64,000 nt of DNA, from the NCBI GenBank assembly GCA_034520945.1, contig JAXHNB010000006.1, positions 768,001-832,000 on the forward strand, read 5' to 3'. Below the pieces are notes generated by a model, which saw only the letters and a program-made list of their open reading frames with translations, ran no database searches and was not told the origin of the DNA. Position numbers and translations under genes: made by a program. Positions 24,321 to 31,406 of the stretch are shown piece after piece; the first letter of the stretch is position 1; every line of letters starts with the position of its first letter. Origin of the DNA: Trueperaceae bacterium. GTDB lineage: Bacteria; Deinococcota; Deinococci; Deinococcales; Trueperaceae.

Positions 24321-25532
24321 CTATTGAAGGAAGTCCGCTGGTATTGCGTCCGCGACGTTCATTTCCTTGTCGAGGAATCGAGCGTTCTGCAGAGTCTTGG
24401 CAAGTGCGCGGAGCGTGTCCATGTCAGCTTCGTACGAAGGGTCTTCTAACTGCTTCTTTAGGTCACATACATGCAAGAGGACTTGACCGTATTCTTGCAG
24501 GAGCCCCATATCGCTGAATGCCGTGGCCGTTTGCTCCAGCTCCCGAATTGCATGCACATTCGTGTACAGCCCGCGTTTACGGAACACGAGGATCTCCCTA
24601 AAGCGATAGGCAAGGCGATCCGACATATCACCAATTAAAGACTGCCCTCGGTTTAGGCAGTGCAATGCTTCGTCGTTGTCAGAAGTCGAAAGTAGGGTCG
24701 CTAGCGCAAGCTGCGACAAGAACTCTTCGTAGACGACTTGTGTCTTTTGCGCCATATCGATGGCCAAGCGGTAGTGACGGACCGCACGTTGGCTGTGCCC
24801 TTGAATCCATGCGATTTCTCCCTGTAGCCACTTACCTTCGACGCGCATCGCTTGAGGGACAGAATCCGAATCAAGCTCGGTCAGCGCCTCCGAGGCTTCT
24901 CGGAGCCGCCCTTGTGCGACAAGTACGGTCGCCCAACGCATACGAGACTTAAGGTGTTGGAGCCCGGTTGTCAATTGCATCCCTCGTTCGAGGAACCAGA
25001 GTGCCCGCTGGGTACGGCCGACCCGACCGTGAAGAATCCCCAACTGCGCCAAGATGGAGGGGGCCAGAAGTTCGAACTCCGGTAGGCCTTGCAGGCGTCG
25101 CCACGCTTCTTCCGCGAACCGCAATGCCTCACGAATGTCTCCATTAGTCTCTTCGTGGATACTCTTAACCCGCATGAAAAATACCTGGTCGTAGCTCGTT
25201 AGACGAGCGAAGTCAACCTGCTGCAGTTCGTCTGAAGCACGTTCCGCATTGTTCGTCATACGAAGTAGGTGAGCCAGATTGACGCGTGCAGCTTGTTGCC
25301 CCTTCGCAATGGCTCGCTCAAAGGCCTCCTGCGCCTCATCATCTTGAACGAGCTGGAAGTGGCACACCCCTAACCATCGATCGTCGTCGGCCGTGGGGTT
25401 GGAGATGTCATGGTAGGCGTTGATCCCTTTGGTGAAATCCTCTAAATAGACCCAGGCTTGCACAACGCTCTCCAAGGACGCTTCGGGAAAGCTCAAAGCA
25501 ACTTGATCAAGGGCATCCTTAAGGTCTGTCAC
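24321..25532 (-). CDS. Tetratricopeptide-repeat protein without an evident DNA-binding domain
   Basis: 403-aa ORF in lower-GC DNA with TPR-like helices (WLGVCHFQL..DEAQEAFERAI; LAQLGILHGRVGRTQRALWFLERG; LQGEIAWIQGHSQRAVRHYRLAI). GTG start follows a TAGGGT -10-like box. Confidence 0.8.
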   Translation of the reverse strand: MTDLKDALDQVALSFPEASLESVVQAWVYLEDFTKGINAYHDISNPTADDDRWLGVCHFQLVQDDEAQEAFERAIAKGQQAARVNLAHLLRMTNNAERASDELQQVDFARLTSYDQVFFMRVKSIHEETNGDIREALRFAEEAWRRLQGLPEFELLAPSILAQLGILHGRVGRTQRALWFLERGMQLTTGLQHLKSRMRWATVLVAQGRLREASEALTELDSDSVPQAMRVEGKWLQGEIAWIQGHSQRAVRHYRLAIDMAQKTQVVYEEFLSQLALATLLSTSDNDEALHCLNRGQSLIGDMSDRLAYRFREILVFRKRGLYTNVHAIRELEQTATAFSDMGLLQEYGQVLLHVCDLKKQLEDPSYEADMDTLRALAKTLQNARFLDKEMNVADAIPADFLQ

Positions 25533-25672
25533 CGGTGCATACCCTACTGCACAATGGACGCCTACCCCTGCTTTGAGTCTCGTTTAGACCGTGAAGCAGA
25601 TCTTCGGCTCGGAACTCGGCGACTGTGTTTTGTGCGCACTCCTTGCTTGCAACAGGTCGTGAAAAACCCCGC

Positions 25673-25701
25673 TTGACCCCTTGCACGCCGCATGCTAACT
25701 T
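25673..25701 (+). promoter_or_regulatory. Sigma70-type promoter
   Basis: TTGACC-17 nt-TAACTT with an extended -10 TG; divergent from the TPR gene. Confidence 0.7.
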
Positions 25702-25707
25702 GTATCC

Positions 25708-25926
25708 AATCGCTGGTGGCTGGTTGGGAGGCCAGGCTAGCGAGGGTTTTCCCGGCAGCTTGTTGTTGTCGGCGTTCGGAAGAGATCGGGAGCTTGGAGG
25801 AGGCTTGAACCACACCCCAAGCAAGGCCTGATCAGAGTGAGTGCGTTTGCGCTCGAGTAGTTGGAGCTGGGAGGCTCCAACAGCGCTGTCCAATTGAGGT
25901 TGGGAGGCCTCGGATAGCGTGTTTTT
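25708..25926 (+). ncRNA. Structured leader or sRNA with repeated UGGGAG-looped hairpins
   Basis: TGGGAGG at 25725, 25868 and 25901, each at a hairpin apex (e.g. GTTGGAGC-TGGGAG-GCTCCAAC). A GGAGG loop lies at 25796. The last hairpin is followed by GTTTTT. Confidence 0.6.
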
Positions 25927-25960
25927 GGCACCCAGTTGGGTGCGGGAAGAGGATGGGAAA

Positions 25961-26062
25961 ATGAAGAACACTGGAAAGCGGATTTTCACCGTCGCGGCTC
26001 TGTTTGCACTCGTCAACCTTCCGTTGTTGGTGCTCGCAGGGGTGCACGTCTCGCAACGCTAA
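25961..26062 (+). CDS. 33-aa small protein: signal-peptide-like N-region plus short tail GVHVSQR (candidate signalling-peptide precursor)
   Basis: MKNTGKRIFTVAALFALVNLPLLVLAGVHVSQR*; AGAGGA RBS 7 nt upstream; its own terminator 20 nt downstream. Too short to appear in the ORF track. Confidence 0.72.
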   Translation: MKNTGKRIFTVAALFALVNLPLLVLAGVHVSQR

Positions 26063-26081
26063 GCCATACACTTCTGTGTCT

Positions 26082-26119
26082 GCCCGCGGTCAGCGCATGC
26101 TTGACCGCGGGCGTTTTTT
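26082..26119 (+). terminator. Intrinsic terminator after the small ORF
   Basis: GCCCGCGGTCA...TGACCGCGGGC 11-bp stem followed by GTTTTTT. Confidence 0.9.
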
Positions 26120-26334
26120 GGTAATGACGCCAAGAGTTGCGTCAGGGCTCACAGTTGCAGCGTAGTATGGACGTGCTATACACTCTCTGGCTGCACTCGG
26201 ACGGTTCCATGTAGGTAGGGCCAAGAAATCGAGGAAGCGATGTTCCGGGGAAGCAACTTGCGCCACAGGTTTTACTGCAAGTCAACTATAGCGATCTGGG
26301 AGTGAACTGTGCGAGGTATTGAGGTCCCAGAGAA

Positions 26335-28848
26335 ATGAAGGCGGAAGGTGCGTTCGGGTCCTCGTGGTTTGCACGACAGATGACGCAGCTTCGCGTTGGG
26401 GTGAGCCCATATTTAGTTCAGAGCCGGCCAAGATTCGGTACCAACTACCTGTTCCATGCCATGGCCTTGTCGCCAGGCGTCCTGTGGATTGAGCTTGAGG
26501 CTAACGACGGTCCAATTGCCATTGGAAATCGACTCAGCTATGCAATGCAGCGTTCTACAGGCACGAATCTATTTGGACTTGGGATGCCGTATCATTATGC
26601 CCTCGGTTACCTGGTTGGCCTACAGGATGAATTTGGACCTATTACACTTGTGGTTAGTAACGCACAGGGCCACGCCTGGTTCATTGAGCACGTTATTCGA
26701 CTCGCACGAATGTCCGATGGCGCTTTGATGATCATTGCGAACGGGCACGAGGATGAAGGCCCCTGGTCGCAGTTGCTTCAGTCGGACGATGTCCGTGTCC
26801 TTTATGAGTCCGATCTTGCTGTGCGGCCAGATGAGGTACCTAGTCTGTTGCACGGTGTAGATGTGCCAGAGCACATTGCACGCGAATTGTCGATGAAGGG
26901 CACCGAGGAAGGGCTTGCGTATGAAGAGGTGCTTGCGACGATCAACCTTGCTACGGGGCATCGTCCGCCGCCGCGACCTTCACCACATGGTGTCGTGTCA
27001 AGTCAGCGGTCGCCCTTAACGAAGAATCAGCAGTTGGAAGTTCTTATTCAGGAAGAACGTTGGATTGATGCGTTTGAACTTGCGACGGTCCGCGATGACA
27101 AGACTGCACTGCACATCCTCACAGAGTCGGCTGATGCGTACTTTGCGAGAGGCGAACCAGGGCGCCTATTACCCCATGTGCGAAAACTCGTAAGTCAGAA
27201 CCCTGAACACGCGAACGCCATGTATTGGCTATTTCAAGCGTATGTGGCACTGGGTCGCCTGAACGAAGTAGAGCGGCGTGTTGAGAGATTCCTAAAGCGC
27301 CACCAGGCACCCACGTTGGCGGCGTCATATGCGTCAGTGGCGCGCCCTCCGAACGCTGTGACCATGGCTGTCCAGGCAGTGGACCGGCTAAGAGTACCCG
27401 AAACGCTGGCGTCGTTGGGCTTCTTGTGGGCGCACAACGGAGAGGCTGCCCGTGGCATAAGTCTCCTTAGGGAAGCTTTCGAGGGCTACCGTCAATCCCA
27501 TCGGTACCACAGGGCCATACAGTTAGCCAATAGCATCGGGTCGTGCTACGTGAGTCTCGGTGACCATCGGCGAGCACTGTATTGGGGAAGATGGGGGATG
27601 GCGGAACTCTACCGTCGAGGAATACGCGAGGAATTGCTGAGGCTATCGTGTACAAATCTTGTTGCTTACGCATCTCTTTTGGTAGGCGAGCTTCAAGAAG
27701 GTCAAGAACTCTTGCGCTGGGTCAAGATCACGCCGAGTGACGATTCGCTTCCACCAACGTTGGAAGGCTTAGTTACGACAATTGGTGACTACAATGTCGT
27801 AGAAGGCAACGCAGAAACGGCACTATTCTGGTATCGCCGGATTTATGCACAGTATTTTGACCGATTACCAGGATATGCGACTCAGTTGGCGGTACGTGGT
27901 CTTTTGCATGCAGGCAGGCTTGACGAAGCTAAGGTTTGCCTGAATGTAGCGTTGGAGGCGGTCGCGCCTCCTGATTCCACGCAACAGGCCAGGCTAAACG
28001 TAGTCCGAACGGTCATCGAAGCATCGTACCCAGAGGGTGCGTTTCCGGAAGAGCGCGCACTTCTGGAACATGAAAGTGTTCAAGAGGACGCTGTCCTCAG
28101 GGCTGAGTATCTAATTGCACGATCGTCGATTCAATATCGGTCCGGTAATCTGGCCGGTGCCGAAGCAACGCTTAGCGCCCACAGAGACGTATTTGGTAGC
28201 TTAGGGCGTTCAGGTTGGGTGCTTTTGGGACCGCCTGGTGCGCCTATTGACACGCTACGCTCGCTAATCGGTATTGCGCGACCAGCTGAAAGGCACCTAC
28301 TCGTACTCAATGACAGAAGCCTCCTGAAGGAGGGTCATCCCGAGCGTCTGTCGAGGCGTTATGCCGAGCTCTTGACCCTACTTTTGCTGAATCCGGAAGG
28401 GCTTACCGGAGAGGCTTTATTGCTCGAATTGTACGGTGATGCGGGAAGCCTAAGCTCTTTGAAGGCCATAGTCTCGCGTTGCCGAAAGGTCGTTGGAATT
28501 GACTCGGCACCGTACCGTCTAGCTGAGCAACTCACTTCCGACCTAACCGACATCGAGGCGCACCTCCGCGCGGGGCGATTGCGTGAAGCGCTCGAGTTGT
28601 ACAAGGGGCCCTTGCTGCCGGAATCCGAGGCGCCGGGCATTCAGCGGGCGCGGGAGCGGATCGACGAGGCATTGCGGCAGGCCGCTCTGCACGCCAACGA
28701 GGGCGAACTCGTATTGCGTCTCGCGCGGAAGTGGCCGGACGACCTGGAACTGTGGGAGCGTGCGGCGGAGCTGTTCCCCAAGAGCGATCCGACGTACCCG
28801 TTGGTGCGTGCACGGGTACGCCGGATTCGTGGGGAGTGGGGGTTGTAG
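26335..28848 (+). CDS. Large transcriptional regulator: degenerate MalT/STAND-like N-region, TPR sensor region, C-terminal winged-HTH/BTAD-like domain
   Basis: 837-aa ORF. SRPRFGTN sits where a Walker A would be expected, TPR-like helices occupy the centre, and the C-terminus reads RLSRRYAELLTLLLLNPEGLTGEALLLELYG...SLKAIVSRCRK...ALELYKGPLLPESEAP. Confidence 0.72.
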   Translation: MKAEGAFGSSWFARQMTQLRVGVSPYLVQSRPRFGTNYLFHAMALSPGVLWIELEANDGPIAIGNRLSYAMQRSTGTNLFGLGMPYHYALGYLVGLQDEFGPITLVVSNAQGHAWFIEHVIRLARMSDGALMIIANGHEDEGPWSQLLQSDDVRVLYESDLAVRPDEVPSLLHGVDVPEHIARELSMKGTEEGLAYEEVLATINLATGHRPPPRPSPHGVVSSQRSPLTKNQQLEVLIQEERWIDAFELATVRDDKTALHILTESADAYFARGEPGRLLPHVRKLVSQNPEHANAMYWLFQAYVALGRLNEVERRVERFLKRHQAPTLAASYASVARPPNAVTMAVQAVDRLRVPETLASLGFLWAHNGEAARGISLLREAFEGYRQSHRYHRAIQLANSIGSCYVSLGDHRRALYWGRWGMAELYRRGIREELLRLSCTNLVAYASLLVGELQEGQELLRWVKITPSDDSLPPTLEGLVTTIGDYNVVEGNAETALFWYRRIYAQYFDRLPGYATQLAVRGLLHAGRLDEAKVCLNVALEAVAPPDSTQQARLNVVRTVIEASYPEGAFPEERALLEHESVQEDAVLRAEYLIARSSIQYRSGNLAGAEATLSAHRDVFGSLGRSGWVLLGPPGAPIDTLRSLIGIARPAERHLLVLNDRSLLKEGHPERLSRRYAELLTLLLLNPEGLTGEALLLELYGDAGSLSSLKAIVSRCRKVVGIDSAPYRLAEQLTSDLTDIEAHLRAGRLREALELYKGPLLPESEAPGIQRARERIDEALRQAALHANEGELVLRLARKWPDDLELWERAAELFPKSDPTYPLVRARVRRIRGEWGL

Positions 28849-28892
28849 CGAGCGAAGCGTCGGGGGGGGCGTAGGTGACCGCGGTGCGAGCG

Positions 28893-29447
28893 TCAGGCCG
28901 CTTCGGACGGGAACGGCTCGGCGCCCATCATGTGGACGACCAGTTGGGCGCGATTGTCGTGCCCGAGTTTGCACAGCGCATTCGAGACGTGGGCGTTGAC
29001 GGTCTTGAACGAGACGCCGAGGTCGCGTGCGGCGCGCTTGGTGTCGAAGCCCATCAGGAGCAGGCGGACGACGCGGAGTTCCATGAAGGTCAGGGGAGAC
29101 TTGTAGTGGTAGCTGCGTTGCGCGGCCGCGGCGGCGTAGAGGGCGGCGACGAGGCCGCGCCCATCGGTGGACGTCACCACGCCGCTCACGTGATAGCTCG
29201 CGAGGCAGTCGAGGTACGCGGGGTGGATGGCCTGAGTGACGATGAGGGTGCGGGCGCGATCGATGCTGTCGAGACGTTCGAGCTGGTACATGGACCACGT
29301 GAGAGGGAAGTCCAGCAACACGTGTGCGACGTTGGGGTCGCTCGCCATGGAGGGCTCCACGTCGGGGCGGTCCATCACCTCCTGGATCAGGCTGATGAAC
29401 GTGGGGTGGGACGAGTGGACGTGAACCGGGAGGGACTGTTCCGACAT
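28893..29447 (-). CDS. LuxR/NarL-type HTH regulator with an atypical receiver-like N-domain
   Basis: C-terminal PLTFMELRVVRLLLMGFDTKRAARDLGVSFKTVNAHVSNALCKLG; GAGGA RBS before ATG 29447. Confidence 0.85.
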   Translation of the reverse strand: MSEQSLPVHVHSSHPTFISLIQEVMDRPDVEPSMASDPNVAHVLLDFPLTWSMYQLERLDSIDRARTLIVTQAIHPAYLDCLASYHVSGVVTSTDGRGLVAALYAAAAAQRSYHYKSPLTFMELRVVRLLLMGFDTKRAARDLGVSFKTVNAHVSNALCKLGHDNRAQLVVHMMGAEPFPSEAA

Positions 29448-29568
29448 GGCCGATTTCCTCCATACATTGGATTTCCCCGCATGTCGCGAGTGTGAGCCAG
29501 CGACGGTTGCATGGAGGTTGCGGCGGGTCGGGGTCGATGCGATCGGTGAGCGGCTCGCGCCGAGGATC

Positions 29569-30408
29569 TCAGCGTATCCGTGGGTCCAGAAGGTCACGCA
29601 GGCCGTCGCCCAGAAGGCTCCACCCCAGCACTGTGAATACGATCGCCAAGCCTGGGACGAGCGCGGGGTACGGGTTGAGCGACATGAAGCTCTGCGCTTC
29701 GCGCAGCATGTTGCCCCAGCTCGGGACGTCGGGCGGCGTGCCGAGCCCGAGGAAACTGAGCGCCGCTTCGGCCAGCACGGCGACGGCCAGGCTGAGGCTG
29801 GCCTGGACCACGAGCGGGGATAGCGCCCCCGGGACCACGTGACGAAGCAGCAGGCGGCGGTTGCCGGCGCCGAGCGCCCGGCCTGCCTCGACGAAGTCGG
29901 CGTGCTTGAGGGTCAGGACCGAGGCGCGCGCGATCCGAGCGAAGATCGGCACGGTCGCCAATCCGATGGCGGTCATGGCGGTGAGCGTGCCGGGTTCGTA
30001 CACGGCGGCGAGAAGCAACGCCATGAGGATGGCTGGGAACGCGTACAGAACGTCGACGAGGCGCATCGTGACTTCGTCGATCCACCCGCCCAACCACCCG
30101 GCCAGCGTGCCGGCCAGTCCCCCGAGGGCCAGTCCGATGCCGACGGCAAGGAATCCGACGTACAGCGTCCCTCGCGCACCGACGAGGACGCGACTCAACA
30201 GGTCGCGGCCGAACTCGTCCGTGCCGAGGGGATGCGCCAGAGAGGGCCCCTCGAGTTGGGCCGCGAAGTCCAGTGCGTTCGGCGGGTAGGGGGTCCACAC
30301 GAAGCTCAGAAGTGCGCCAGCCACGACGGTTCCGATCAGAAGCACGCCGAGCTTCAAGCTGGTGCCGCCCGGGAGGGCGCGCCCTCGGGTGGGGGCCGCG
30401 GACATCAT
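29569..30408 (-). CDS. Peptide/nickel ABC transporter permease (DppC/OppC-like)
   Basis: HPLGTDEFGRDLLSR, EAA-type loop, and EAALSFLGLG. Confidence 0.93.
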   Translation of the reverse strand: MMSAAPTRGRALPGGTSLKLGVLLIGTVVAGALLSFVWTPYPPNALDFAAQLEGPSLAHPLGTDEFGRDLLSRVLVGARGTLYVGFLAVGIGLALGGLAGTLAGWLGGWIDEVTMRLVDVLYAFPAILMALLLAAVYEPGTLTAMTAIGLATVPIFARIARASVLTLKHADFVEAGRALGAGNRRLLLRHVVPGALSPLVVQASLSLAVAVLAEAALSFLGLGTPPDVPSWGNMLREAQSFMSLNPYPALVPGLAIVFTVLGWSLLGDGLRDLLDPRIR

Positions 30409-31352
30409 CAGTCGTACCGGATCCGTGGGTCGAGGAAGCCGTAAGACACGTCGACGAGAAACCCGAGCATCACGATCGTCGTGGCGTACACCAGGATCTC
30501 GCCTTGCAGCAAGGGGAAGTCGCGGGTGCCGATCGCCGTGAGGGCCAGACGGCCCAGGCCGGGCAGGGCGAACACCTGTTCGATGATGATGGAGCCGATG
30601 AAGACGTTGGTGAGGCTCAGGCCCAGGATCGTCACCAGCGTCACGAGGGCATTGCGTAGCGCGTGCCCGCCGATCACACGGCGGGGCCGGAGGCCCTTGG
30701 CGCGGGCGGTACGGACGTAGTCTTGGCCCAACGCTTCGAGCATGGCGGCGCGCGTCATGCGGGTCATCACCGCCGCCTGTCCCAGGCCGAGGGCGAAGAT
30801 CGGGAGGAGCAGGCTACGGATGCTGGCCAGGGGGTCGTCCGACCAGGGCGTGAAGCCCCCGGCTGGCACCCAACCCCATTGCACCGCGAACAACAGGATG
30901 AACATCAGGCCGAGCCAGAACGACGGCACAGCGGCCCCCACCTGGGCCAACGAGACGACCAGCGGGTCCAGCCACGTGCCGCGACGCAGGGCCGCCAGGA
31001 TGCCGAGGGGCAGCGAGATCGCGCAGGCGACGAACGCAGCACCCAGCGCCAGCGGGACGGACACGCCCAATCGGTCGGCGATCAAGGTGGAGACCGGACG
31101 ATCGAAGTTGATCGACCGTCCGAAGTCGCCCTGCAGGATGCCGCCGAGCCACGAGAGGTAGCGCTGCGGGGCGGGCACGTCCAGGCCCAGCTGTGAGCGA
31201 AGCGCAGCCAGCGCTTCGGGACTGGTGTTGATGCCGAGAATGATTTCGGCAGGGTCGCCGGGCACGGCCAACAGGGCCGAGAACACCAACAGCGACGCCA
31301 GCAGAATGGTGACGAGGGCTGTCGCGAAGCGGCGCAGGACGTACGGTCCCAT
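30408..31352 (-). CDS. Peptide/nickel ABC transporter permease (DppB/OppB-like)
   Basis: PGDPA, GDFGRS, DYVRTARAKGL and LDPRI motifs. Confidence 0.93.
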   Translation of the reverse strand: MGPYVLRRFATALVTILLASLLVFSALLAVPGDPAEIILGINTSPEALAALRSQLGLDVPAPQRYLSWLGGILQGDFGRSINFDRPVSTLIADRLGVSVPLALGAAFVACAISLPLGILAALRRGTWLDPLVVSLAQVGAAVPSFWLGLMFILLFAVQWGWVPAGGFTPWSDDPLASIRSLLLPIFALGLGQAAVMTRMTRAAMLEALGQDYVRTARAKGLRPRRVIGGHALRNALVTLVTILGLSLTNVFIGSIIIEQVFALPGLGRLALTAIGTRDFPLLQGEILVYATTIVMLGFLVDVSYGFLDPRIRYD

Positions 31353-31360
31353 ACATGCAG

Positions 31361-31392
31361 CGGGGACGGCACCGGGTGCGATGCCGTCCCCG
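31361..31392. terminator. Intercistronic hairpin after the substrate-binding-protein gene
   Basis: CGGGGACGGCA...TGCCGTCCCCG 11-bp stem with no U-tract; probably stabilises or attenuates the mRNA. Confidence 0.6.
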
Positions 31393-31406
31393 TACCGGTG
31401 TCCGCC

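Noticed and set aside
25708..25920. Repeated TGGGAGG units as a mini-CRISPR
   Set aside because: The shared sequence is only 7 nt, spacing is irregular and there are no cas genes.
25519..26124. ORF-track entries of 62-165 aa in the island's intergenic region
   Set aside because: No RBS or recognisable composition. The region is better explained by the promoter, structured RNA, 33-aa ORF and terminator.
26168..26215. 15-codon ORF MDVLYTLWLHSDGSM as a second peptide
   Set aside because: No RBS, signal-peptide features or terminator.
24150..28550. Island as a prophage, transposon or anti-phage defence system
   Set aside because: No integrase, transposase, terminal repeats or nuclease/effector motifs. 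The large protein ends in a transcription-activator-like domain.
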